64,000 nucleotides of DNA from Clostridia bacterium (GTDB lineage Bacteria > Bacillota > Clostridia > Christensenellales > Aristaeellaceae). Both the position numbers and the translations under genes were made by a program. The notes beneath the pieces were generated by a model. That model was not told the DNA's origin, searched no databases, and saw nothing but the letters and a program-made list of their open reading frames with translations. The stretch is taken from NCBI GenBank assembly GCA_017652125.1, contig JAGCBO010000058.1:1409-65408 (forward strand), written 5' to 3'. The first letter of the stretch is position 1; each line of letters opens with the position of its first letter. This document shows, piece by piece, positions 9,263 to 18,259 of this stretch.

Positions 9263-10216
9263 TTACAGAAGGGGAAGCAGTTCGGCCCGGACGCCGTCCA
9301 TCCGCGGATCGGATAAACCGAAATCCATTTCCCGGTAGCTCCAGGCGCAGCGGGAGATGCCGTACCGTTCAAAGGTATCATGGATCATCCGGAACCATTT
9401 CACCGTATCCTCCGGGGCGGCCCGGTCAATCACTCCGTATTCCCCGCAGTAAAGCTCGGCGCCGTTTTTCCGGGCGGCTTCCAGGGCCGGAGCAAACAGT
9501 TTGTCAAAATAATCCTCCGGGATGGCCGCCTCATCGAAGGAGAGGCGGAAGGCCGTATCCATCTCCGGCACCCAGGGCGCGCCCTGATGGGTAAAGCGCA
9601 GCGGCTCGTAACAGTGGAAATTGTAAATCACCCGGTCGTCCGCGGGGGGATTGAGCGCCGGAACCGCGTGAGCGCTGTTGTTATGATATCCGCCGACCAG
9701 GATCAGATGCTTCGGAGCGATCGCCCGGATCCGCCGGATGCAGGTATCCGCCACCCGGTTCCAGGTGTCCATGAACGCCGGATCCGTGACCTCGTTCAGC
9801 AGCTCGAAGGCGATGTGATCCGGGCTTCCCGCGCAGCGGGACGCGATCTGCTCCCAGAGACGGTAAAAACGCTCCTGATAGCGCTCGCTGCTGAAAAAAC
9901 CCGTTTCCTGTTCATCGGCGTCGAAGGAGAACCCCGCGGTCTTATGCAGGTCAATGACCAGATTCAGCCCGTTTTTCCGGCACCATTCCGCCGCCCGGTT
10001 GATCCGGTCAAACCCGTCCGTCCGCCAGGCTTTTCCGTCGGCCTCTTCCAGTATGTTATAATCCACCGGAAGGCGGACATGATCCAGCCCCCATTCGGCG
10101 ATCCGGGCGAAATCCTCCTCCCGGATAAAGCCGTTTAACCTCTCTTCCGAATAATCGCACTGACTCATCCAGCCGCCCAGGTTCACTCCCCGGGTGAAAC
10201 CCAGCTCTTTCAGCAT
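9263..10216 (-). CDS. Glycoside hydrolase family 5 (CelC-like endoglucanase/cellodextrinase), no signal peptide
   Basis: GVNLGGWMSQ, HVRLP, ELLNE (acid/base), FHCY, CGEYG (nucleophile). Confidence 0.92.
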   Translation of the reverse strand: MLKELGFTRGVNLGGWMSQCDYSEERLNGFIREEDFARIAEWGLDHVRLPVDYNILEEADGKAWRTDGFDRINRAAEWCRKNGLNLVIDLHKTAGFSFDADEQETGFFSSERYQERFYRLWEQIASRCAGSPDHIAFELLNEVTDPAFMDTWNRVADTCIRRIRAIAPKHLILVGGYHNNSAHAVPALNPPADDRVIYNFHCYEPLRFTHQGAPWVPEMDTAFRLSFDEAAIPEDYFDKLFAPALEAARKNGAELYCGEYGVIDRAAPEDTVKWFRMIHDTFERYGISRCAWSYREMDFGLSDPRMDGVRAELLPLL

Positions 10217-10273
10217 AACCGTTTCCTCCGTTTTTTCTTCATCATATCAGATCCGGACATCCGCGGCAAGCGT

Positions 10274-11503
10274 TTACGATTTACTGCCGTTTCCGCTTTG
10301 CGTGTTCTGAGCGCTCCGGGAGCCTTTCCGGACCATAAAGGCCCGCATGACTTTGGCGGCCGTCCGGTACGGGAAGGGCAGCAGCGCCCTGTCCGCCTCC
10401 TTCAGCTTTTCCCGGATGGCGATGGACTGGGGACAGTGCTTCTCGCACTGCCCGCAGCCGACGCACTGGGAAGCGAAAGCCGGCGTCTTCGTCAGCGCGA
10501 CGGTCTGCATGAACTGCTTCCGTCCGTCGAGTTTGGATTCCGTGTACATGGTGTTGTAGCTGGCAAATATTCCGGGAATATCCACCCCCTTCGGACAGGG
10601 CATGCAGTACCGGCAGCCGGTGCAGCCGACCTTCTCGTGAGCCTGGATGGATTGCTTCACCGTATTCAGCAGGGCAAAATCCGATTCCGTGAAGGCTCCG
10701 GCTTCCGCCTGATCGGCGGTCCGGGTATTCTCGGCCACCATTTCCACGGAGTTCATGCCCGACAGCACCACGGTAACTTCCGGCTGATTGTACAGCCAGC
10801 GGAAAGCCCATTCCGCCGGCGTCCACTTCCGTTCGTGGTTCTCCATGGCTTTCCGGGCGTCCGCCGGCAGCATGCTGACCAGTTTTCCGCCCCGGAGGGG
10901 CTCCATGATGATCACGGGGATGCCCCGGGCCGCGGCGGCCTTCAGGCCGATGGCGCCGGCCTGCGTGGTTTCGTCCATATAGTTGTACTGAATCTGGCAG
11001 AAGTCCCAGTCCCAGGCGTTCAGCACCTTCAGAAACTGATCGGAGTTTCCGTGGAAGGAAAAACCGATGTTCCGGATGGCGCCGGAAGCCTTCTTTTCCT
11101 GAATCCACTCCGGCAGGCCCAGAGCGACCAGCCGGTCCCACTGCGCGGAGTCGGTCACATGATGCATCAGGTAATAATCAATATGATCCGTCCGGAGGCG
11201 GGAGAGCTCTTCCCGGAAGATTTTTTCGGCTCCCTCCGTGCTTTTGATCATGTACTGGGGCAGCTTGGTGGCGATCAGCACCTGATCCCGCAGGTGATTC
11301 CGCTCCAGAACGGCGCCGAGAAGCGCTTCGCTGCCCGGATAAATATAGGCGGTATCGTAATAATTCACGCCCGCGTGCCAGGCGGCCAGAATTTCCTTTT
11401 CCGCCTTTTCCAGATCCAGGCTCGTGCCTTTGCGGGAAAAACGCATGCATCCGTAGCCAAGGACGGACAGATCCTGCCCGTATCGGTCTTTGCGGTATTT
11501 CAT
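10274..11503 (-). CDS. Aldo/keto reductase with C-terminal 4Fe-4S dicluster domain
   Basis: LGYGCMR, YDTAYIY, MEPLRGG, CTGCRYCMPC and CVGCGQCEKHC. Confidence 0.92.
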   Translation of the reverse strand: MKYRKDRYGQDLSVLGYGCMRFSRKGTSLDLEKAEKEILAAWHAGVNYYDTAYIYPGSEALLGAVLERNHLRDQVLIATKLPQYMIKSTEGAEKIFREELSRLRTDHIDYYLMHHVTDSAQWDRLVALGLPEWIQEKKASGAIRNIGFSFHGNSDQFLKVLNAWDWDFCQIQYNYMDETTQAGAIGLKAAAARGIPVIIMEPLRGGKLVSMLPADARKAMENHERKWTPAEWAFRWLYNQPEVTVVLSGMNSVEMVAENTRTADQAEAGAFTESDFALLNTVKQSIQAHEKVGCTGCRYCMPCPKGVDIPGIFASYNTMYTESKLDGRKQFMQTVALTKTPAFASQCVGCGQCEKHCPQSIAIREKLKEADRALLPFPYRTAAKVMRAFMVRKGSRSAQNTQSGNGSKS

Positions 11504-11627
11504 AGAGCCATCCTTTCCGGCCGGGCCGTTCGGAGGCCCGCCGCCTTTGATTTCTTTGCTTTTTCCGTGAGAAGATTAGCATATTTCCGCATGCAGGGCA
11601 AGAGCGATCTGAAATCACCGAATTGAC

Positions 11628-11648
11628 ACATTTTCTTTAAGAAAATGT
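11628..11648. promoter_or_regulatory. Perfect 21-bp palindrome, candidate operator
   Basis: ACATTTTCTT-T-AAGAAAATGT in a divergent intergenic region. Confidence 0.5.
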
Positions 11649-11668
11649 AAAAATTAGCCCCGCAGTAT

Positions 11669-11698
11669 TTGACATGTCGTGACTTCCTATGGTAAAAT
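11669..11698 (+). promoter_or_regulatory. sigma70/SigA-type promoter
   Basis: TTGACA-18 bp-TAAAAT with TG extension. Confidence 0.6.
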
Positions 11699-11752
11699 CT
11701 TTTCAGATTCCTTCCGGGAATGTTAAGATTCTTGTATGGGAGATGAAATGAT

Positions 11753-13009
11753 TTGAAAAAATTACTGAGCCTTCTGCTGATAGCAGTCATTCTTCTGGGT
11801 TCTGCTTCCGCAATGGAAAGCGGGAAAATCGTCATCAAGGGTACAGAAAAGCGGAATATTTCCGTTCATGCCACCGGCGATAATACGGTCGAAGCGGGCA
11901 TCAGCCCCACCACCGGTGAGAATCTGGCCGAGCTCGCCGCCACGCTGCAGCTCCCCGCGACCTTTGGCGGAATGATCAAGACCGGGAAATACTATCCCGT
12001 TCTGGTTCAGATCTCCAACCCCAACGGCGGCATCGGGCAGAACGCTCCCTGGTTTGCGTCCTACTGCGACGTCATGTATGAGACGATGCTGAGCGGCGAC
12101 GGGATTACCCGTCATACGGCGGTGTTCAATAACGCGCTGCCGGAGATGGTGGGGCCGCTGCGGAGCATCCGGACCCATCACCTGGCGATTCAGGCGGAAT
12201 GGAACTGCCCCTATTTCTTCCATGGCAAGCAGGATATGTATGTGGACCCGCTGATGATCGAGCTGAATAAAGCCCGGCCGGGAACGACCTACAGCCGTAA
12301 GCTGAATACCGTGGGAATCCTGTATAACGGAACCGACGGCAATTCAAAGCCCTACAAGTCCGGCGACCGCCATTTCCGCGTCAACAAGACGCAGATTGAC
12401 GCGCCGAACAACGCCGGCTACAAGCTGGCGGAGATCGTGAAGGAAGTTTCCCCCGCGGACTGGGAGTTCAACAACCACGCCTATGTCTTCACGGACAATC
12501 TGCCCCTGGGCGGAGACGACGCTTCCTTTATCTATGTGAACTGGCAGCAGGCGGTGAACAACAGCCGTCTGGAATACGATCCGGAAGCGAATGTGTATGA
12601 GCGCTATGTCTACCTGCCGGATAACAGCAACCGTTCCGCCCTGTATGACGAACTGACGCTGAGCAATCCGCAGCTGGTGAACCGGGACAAATCCGGTGAA
12701 GGCACGTTCACCTTTGAGATCGAGCACGGCAACCCCATCACCTTTACCAACGTGATCGTCCAGTATGTGACCATCGACTGGGACGGGCAGGGAACCAAGT
12801 TCTTCCCGGCCGGAAAGAAGGACGGCACCGGCAACGCGGACTACTTCATGGGCGGCAAGCATTATCAGGGCGTATGGAAGCGGAGCAGCATCTTTGACCG
12901 GACGGTGTTCTACGGTCCGGACGGATATGAGATGCCCCTGCTGCGCGGAAAAACGCTGATTATCATGATGGATACGAAGCAGAATCGCAGCGTGAGCTAT
13001 GATCCGTAA
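11753..13009 (+). CDS. Secreted DUF3048 (YerB-like) protein
   Basis: TTG start, signal peptide, SPTTG, VQISN, DVMYE..GITR, GPLRSIR, G.W.R, PLLRGKT motifs. Confidence 0.8.
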   Translation: MKKLLSLLLIAVILLGSASAMESGKIVIKGTEKRNISVHATGDNTVEAGISPTTGENLAELAATLQLPATFGGMIKTGKYYPVLVQISNPNGGIGQNAPWFASYCDVMYETMLSGDGITRHTAVFNNALPEMVGPLRSIRTHHLAIQAEWNCPYFFHGKQDMYVDPLMIELNKARPGTTYSRKLNTVGILYNGTDGNSKPYKSGDRHFRVNKTQIDAPNNAGYKLAEIVKEVSPADWEFNNHAYVFTDNLPLGGDDASFIYVNWQQAVNNSRLEYDPEANVYERYVYLPDNSNRSALYDELTLSNPQLVNRDKSGEGTFTFEIEHGNPITFTNVIVQYVTIDWDGQGTKFFPAGKKDGTGNADYFMGGKHYQGVWKRSSIFDRTVFYGPDGYEMPLLRGKTLIIMMDTKQNRSVSYDP

Positions 13010-13041
13010 GAGAGAAACTGTCGGTCGAAAGGGTGTTTCGC

Positions 13042-13734
13042 GTGGGTAAGAAGATTCTGCTGGTGGATGATGAGCCTCTGATCCTGAAGGGCCTGAAGTA
13101 TACCCTTGAGCAGGAAGGCTATGAAACGGATAGCGCCATGGACGGCGAAGAGGCGCTGGCCAAATTCGATGCCGGCTGCTTTGACCTGATTCTGCTGGAT
13201 GTGATGCTGCCGAAGATGGATGGAATCGCGGTCTGTCAGCGGATCCGGGAGACCAGCGATGTTCCCATCATCATGCTGACGGCCAAGGGCGAGGATATGG
13301 ATAAGATTCTGGGCCTGGAATATGGCGCGGATGATTATATGACCAAGCCTTTCAACATTCTGGAGGTCAAGGCCCGGATCAAGACCATTTTCCGCCGGGT
13401 TTCCGGCGGCGGCACGCAGCAGGAACAGCGGGTGGTGCGCGTTCACGATATGGAAGTGAACCTGGTCAAGCGCAACGTGATCCTGGGCGGACGGGATGTC
13501 AAGCTTACCGCAAAGGAATTTGATCTTCTGCAGATGTTTGTAACCAACCGGGGAACGGTTTTCAGCCGGGAGCAAATGCTGGAAAACGTATGGAAATACG
13601 ATTATGCCGGGGATGCGCGGACGGTGGATGTGCATATCCGGCGCCTGAGGGAGAAGATCGAGCGGGATACCTCCAAACCTGAATTCATCTTCACCAAATG
13701 GGGAGTGGGTTACTATTTCACGGACCAGGATTAA
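13042..13734 (+). CDS. OmpR/PhoB-family response regulator (WalR/MtrA-like)
   Basis: ILLVDDE, LLDVMLP, GADDYMTKPF, RTVDVHIRRLREKIE, TKWGVGY; GTG start behind GAAAGGG. Confidence 0.95.
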   Translation: MGKKILLVDDEPLILKGLKYTLEQEGYETDSAMDGEEALAKFDAGCFDLILLDVMLPKMDGIAVCQRIRETSDVPIIMLTAKGEDMDKILGLEYGADDYMTKPFNILEVKARIKTIFRRVSGGGTQQEQRVVRVHDMEVNLVKRNVILGGRDVKLTAKEFDLLQMFVTNRGTVFSREQMLENVWKYDYAGDARTVDVHIRRLREKIERDTSKPEFIFTKWGVGYYFTDQD

Positions 13735-13792
13735 AGAACGGTTTTTCGGGGCCAGCATCAGGTGGGAAATCCTGCTGGCCTTTTTTGTCGTT

Positions 13793-15181
13793 GTGGGCGT
13801 TTCCTTCGGCGTGGCGGCGACCATCCTGACGGATGTGGTCCGGGATTTTCTGTTTGAACAGAGAACCCGGGAGGATGATCAGATGACCGGCCGCGTGGCG
13901 GAAGCGGTGGCTTCCGATCTGGACGGGCTGTCCGTGGACAGCCTGAACCGCACGCTGCAGAGCAACGCGGAAGCGATGGAGGGGCGGCTCATGGTGCTGG
14001 ATCCGGACGGAAAGGTTCAGTTTGATACCTTTGGCACGCTTTGCGGGCGCCGGCTGGATCTGGAGGAAGTGCTGCAGGTGCTGACGGCCGGCAAAGTGGA
14101 GGCCTACGGGATTTATACGCCGGGCCGGGAAACGGTGGAGCGGATGAGCGGGGAGACCGGCGCGGAATACCTGGCTTACTGCGTCCGGGAGATCCGGATC
14201 GGCGAAAGGCGGCTGGGAGCGATTCTGTTTGTCAGCCGGATCCAGGGTCTGATGGACTCCATGAACACCGTTCAGTGGAAGCTGGTCACGGTTTTCATGA
14301 TTATTGTGATCGTTGCGCTGGTTCTCGCGCTGATCATCAGCCAGGTGGTGACCAAGCCCATCATGGACCTGAACCGGACCATGAGAAAGATGGGAAAAGG
14401 CGACCTGAGCGCCCGGGCAGAGATCCGGGGCAGCGGCGAAATGCGGGAACTGGCGCAGACCTATAATACCATGGCGGCCCAGCTGGAAAACCTGGACAAA
14501 ACGAGAAATCAGTTCGTATCCAACGCGAGCCATGAGCTGAAAACGCCCCTGGCCACCATGAAAATCATGCTGGAAACCCTGATGTATCAGCCGGATATGC
14601 CCCAGGAGCTCCGGCGGGAGTTCATGGAGGATATGAACCATGAGATCGACCGGCTGACGGGGATTATTACGGATCTGCTGACGCTGACGCGGACGGATGC
14701 GCAGGCGATGGAGCTGAAGAAGACCTCCGTGGATCTGTCGGATCTGACGGAGGAGATTGTGCGGCTGCTGAGCCCGGCGGCCAAACAGCGGGGCCAGACC
14801 CTGACCTGCGAGGTGGAAAAGGGGCTGACCATGATGGGAGACCGGGACCGGCTGCATCAGGTGTTCTCCAATCTGACGGACAACGCGATCAAATATACGC
14901 CGGACGGAGGAAAAATTCATATTGCGCTGCATCTGGACGGAAACGAGCTGGTCTGGCGCGTGCGGGATAACGGCGTGGGAATTCCGCCGGAGGACCAGGA
15001 CCATGTGTTTGAACGGTTTTACCGGGTGGACAAAGCCCGGAGCCGGGAAACCGGCGGCACGGGTCTCGGTCTGAGCATCGTCCGTCAGCTGGTCACGCTG
15101 CATGGGGGCACGGTCACGGTCCGGTCGGATCCGGGACAGGGCTCCGAGTTTATCGTGCGGCTGCCCCGGGAAGGAGCGTGA
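13793..15181 (+). CDS. HAMP-containing sensor histidine kinase (true start probably upstream, see findings)
   Basis: FVSNASHELKTPL, NAIKYT, DNGVG, FERFYRVDKARSR, GTGLGL. Confidence 0.93.
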   Translation: MGVSFGVAATILTDVVRDFLFEQRTREDDQMTGRVAEAVASDLDGLSVDSLNRTLQSNAEAMEGRLMVLDPDGKVQFDTFGTLCGRRLDLEEVLQVLTAGKVEAYGIYTPGRETVERMSGETGAEYLAYCVREIRIGERRLGAILFVSRIQGLMDSMNTVQWKLVTVFMIIVIVALVLALIISQVVTKPIMDLNRTMRKMGKGDLSARAEIRGSGEMRELAQTYNTMAAQLENLDKTRNQFVSNASHELKTPLATMKIMLETLMYQPDMPQELRREFMEDMNHEIDRLTGIITDLLTLTRTDAQAMELKKTSVDLSDLTEEIVRLLSPAAKQRGQTLTCEVEKGLTMMGDRDRLHQVFSNLTDNAIKYTPDGGKIHIALHLDGNELVWRVRDNGVGIPPEDQDHVFERFYRVDKARSRETGGTGLGLSIVRQLVTLHGGTVTVRSDPGQGSEFIVRLPREGA

Positions 15182-15185
15182 TGAC

Positions 15186-16724
15186 ATGAAGCGTTTTCAG
15201 CGGAAAATCGGCTGTCTGCTGGCGGTCCTGATTCTGCTGCCCGCCCTGACCGGCTGCACGCGGGTCCGGGAGGAAGAGCGGGAACCCGCGCCGGCGCTTT
15301 CCATGCCGGAAGTGCCCTGGGCTGCGCCGGACGGGGACGGAGTCGTGGGGCAGGAACGGATCGCCATGCTTTATCTGAACGGAAGCGGCAGCCTGCAGAT
15401 GATCCCCCGGGAGATCACGCTCCCGGTTGCGGAGCTGCATGATCTGGTCAAAACCCTGGTCACGGTGCTGCTGAATTATCCGATGGACAGTGACATTACG
15501 CCCTGGGGCGGGGAACGGACGATCACCCTGTACGGGAATCAGCCGGTGGAGGTCAGCGGCAGCATCTGCACCGTCAACCTGGGAACGGCCGCGCTGCAGC
15601 TTGGATCATCGGAGTTTTATCAGATGTGCGTGGGCCTGGCCACCACGCTCTGCTCCCTGGATGAAATCAGCTTTGTGAATGTGCTGGTGGCGGATCAGAG
15701 CGTAGGGCTGGATGTCAGCGGTACGCTGCCCATGGGCAGCCTGACCGGCCATCCGGATGAAAACCTGCCCGTGCTCTGGGAGCAGATGGAAGCGAAACGG
15801 GTCCCGCTGGGAGAGGATGCTTCCCAGATCCCGCTGAGCGCCATGGCCACCCTGTATTATCCGCTGACGGACGGGCAGGGGATCGGCTGTGAAAACCGCA
15901 TTCTGAACTTTGGGGGCCAGACGCCCCGCCAGCTGGCGCTGGAGCTTCTGCAGGCAATCGGCGACGTGCGGAAAAACCAGATCGGGTCGGCCGATCTGCC
16001 GGATCTGGCCGGCGTGATGAGCTATGACCCGCTGACCAGCGAACTGACGGAGGGAGGAAAGCTGGTCACCCTGTCCTTCCGGCGGGAGATTGACGGGCTG
16101 CTGGAAGCCTGGCAGACGGATCTGCCCAGCCTGGCGGCAGCGGTGACCATGACGCTGACCACCTTTATGCCCGGCGTCAGCGCTGTCAGCTTCCGGGTGG
16201 AGGACACGCCCCTGACGGAGCTGAGCGGCGCGCCGGGACAGGTGACCGCGCTGGGCGGCCTTTTCCGCAGAAGCATGTTTCAGTCCTGGCTCCGGGGAAG
16301 CGCGGTGGTCTATTTTTCCAGAGACGGAAAACTGAAGGCCTGCCAGCGCCCGATGAACCGGCAGCGGACCGGAACGCCCAGAGCCCTGCTGACGGAGCTG
16401 ATGAACGGACCGACGGCCCGGGAAAAGGCGGGCGGACTGGAAGCCTCCATGCCGCCGGAGCTTCGGGAGGATGATATCCTGGGCATCGCCGCGGCCGGGG
16501 ACACCCTGCTGATCAATCTGTCGGAGAGCTTTCGCTCCTCGATTCAGGCCTGGGGCCGGGATCGGGAGGCGGCGCTGTGCTACAGCATGATCAATACCCT
16601 GGGACTGAACTGCAGAATGAGCCGGATCTGCTTCTTCTTTGAGGGAAAACAGGAGGAATATATCGCCGGGGATATCTACTGGGCCGGGGAGTTCCTGTAC
16701 AATCCGGAGCTTGGGAAAAACTGA
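15186..16724 (+). CDS. Lipoprotein with GerMN domains
   Basis: Lipobox LTGC; repeated GerMN-like segments (ELMNGP..INLSESF..SMINTL..I.FFFEG). Confidence 0.75.
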   Translation: MKRFQRKIGCLLAVLILLPALTGCTRVREEEREPAPALSMPEVPWAAPDGDGVVGQERIAMLYLNGSGSLQMIPREITLPVAELHDLVKTLVTVLLNYPMDSDITPWGGERTITLYGNQPVEVSGSICTVNLGTAALQLGSSEFYQMCVGLATTLCSLDEISFVNVLVADQSVGLDVSGTLPMGSLTGHPDENLPVLWEQMEAKRVPLGEDASQIPLSAMATLYYPLTDGQGIGCENRILNFGGQTPRQLALELLQAIGDVRKNQIGSADLPDLAGVMSYDPLTSELTEGGKLVTLSFRREIDGLLEAWQTDLPSLAAAVTMTLTTFMPGVSAVSFRVEDTPLTELSGAPGQVTALGGLFRRSMFQSWLRGSAVVYFSRDGKLKACQRPMNRQRTGTPRALLTELMNGPTAREKAGGLEASMPPELREDDILGIAAAGDTLLINLSESFRSSIQAWGRDREAALCYSMINTLGLNCRMSRICFFFEGKQEEYIAGDIYWAGEFLYNPELGKN

Positions 16725-16849
16725 GTTCAGGGAAGCGGAGTTCTGGAAAACGAAGCTCCGGAAAAAATGTGATTTGTTAACACTGCGTTCATACTCCTGT
16801 CAAATTGGCCTTCTATACTGCAGCTGAAACCGAAAGGAGGTTATCGAAA

Positions 16850-18187
16850 ATGACTGGAACATTCAGAAAACACGTATTGGTTTATATCGCGATGGCCCTG
16901 GTTCTCGCCCTGACGGTGACCGCGGTGGCGGTCTTCCGCGGGACAGGCGCCGCGAGCGCTGAAACGGTGGTGCTGACCTCTCCCTTCACGGAAGCGGTGG
17001 CCAAGGTCCGGGACAGCGTCGTGGGCGTGAACAATTATCAGCTGGTTTCTTCCTATTCCAACGGCGGCAATGATTATTACAGCCCCTGGGACTACTTCTT
17101 CTATGGGTACGGATATCCGAACAGCCGGGGCAACGGCCGGGGGAACGGCTCCCAGGACAGCTCCAGGGAAGTGCAGAGCGGCAGCGGTTCCGGCGTCGTG
17201 GTGGCGAAGGAATATGTGCTGACCAACTATCATGTGGTGGATCACGCCAGCAGCCTGAAGGTTTCCGTTCTGAAGGACGGGGATACGGAAGCGACCCTGT
17301 ATGACGCCACCGTGGCGGCTGCGGATGAGAACAAGGATGTGGCGGTGCTGTATGTGCCGGGCCTGCCTCTGAATCCGGTGGAGCTGGGCGACAGCGATCA
17401 GCTGGTCGTGGGCGACTGGGCGATCTGCATCGGCAATCCGGGCAACGGAGCCGGCTCCATTATGACCGGTACCGTCACCGCGGGCATCATTTCCGCTCTG
17501 GACCGGGAGGTTGATTCCGGAAGCACGTCCACGGATCCCTACGGCCGGAAAGTGAAGACGAAGAACAAGATGATCCAGACGGACGCGGCCATCAACAATG
17601 GCAACAGCGGCGGCGGCATGTTCAACACGGCGGGCCAGCTGGTGGGAATCCCCAACATGAAGTACAGCGGAACCCGTTCCTCCATGAGCGCCCTGGGCAT
17701 TGAAAACATCGGCCTGTGCATCCCGATTAACGAGGCGAAGGACGTGATTGAGCAGGCGCTGAACGCGGAAGCCGCTCAGCCGGAAACGCAGAACACGGAG
17801 AACACGGAGAACGAGGGGGATGCATCCTCCAGCGCTATGTTCGGCAAGCCCCGCCTGGGTGTTTCCGTAACAACCTTCAACGGCGCGGAAATGACGAACG
17901 GTGTTCTGCCCAACGGCGTCTATATCCTCTCGGTGGAACAGGGAGGCCCCGCGGAAGCGGCCGGCCTGCTGCCCGGAGACATTATTCTGGAAGCCAATGG
18001 CACGGTGACCCCCACCTTTGAGGATATGTCCGCTGTCCTGCTGACCCTGAAGGAAGGGGATACGGTCAGCCTGAAGATCTGGCGGCCGGATCTGGTGGAG
18101 GATGCCTCTCAGGGCCAGATTTCCACCACCGGAAAGGATCTGGATATTCAGGTGGTACTGAAGGTGCTGGACGCGGTAGCCCAGTAA
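16850..18187 (+). CDS. htrA: HtrA/DegP-family serine protease (trypsin + PDZ)
   Basis: AAAGGAGG RBS, N-terminal TM, TNYHV, DVAVL, IQTDAAINNGNSGG, PDZ GPAEAAGL.PGDII. Confidence 0.92.
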   Translation: MTGTFRKHVLVYIAMALVLALTVTAVAVFRGTGAASAETVVLTSPFTEAVAKVRDSVVGVNNYQLVSSYSNGGNDYYSPWDYFFYGYGYPNSRGNGRGNGSQDSSREVQSGSGSGVVVAKEYVLTNYHVVDHASSLKVSVLKDGDTEATLYDATVAAADENKDVAVLYVPGLPLNPVELGDSDQLVVGDWAICIGNPGNGAGSIMTGTVTAGIISALDREVDSGSTSTDPYGRKVKTKNKMIQTDAAINNGNSGGGMFNTAGQLVGIPNMKYSGTRSSMSALGIENIGLCIPINEAKDVIEQALNAEAAQPETQNTENTENEGDASSSAMFGKPRLGVSVTTFNGAEMTNGVLPNGVYILSVEQGGPAEAAGLLPGDIILEANGTVTPTFEDMSAVLLTLKEGDTVSLKIWRPDLVEDASQGQISTTGKDLDIQVVLKVLDAVAQ

Positions 18188-18219
18188 CCCCGCGAAACGG
18201 GAAAGAAGAATAAATAAAT

Positions 18220-18252
18220 AGGAAGACGCCGGCACGATGCCGGCGTCTTCCT
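18220..18252. terminator. Hairpin between convergent genes
   Basis: aggaagacgccggca-cga-tgccggcgtcttcct, a perfect 15-bp stem. Confidence 0.8.
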
Positions 18253-18259
18253 TCTAAGA

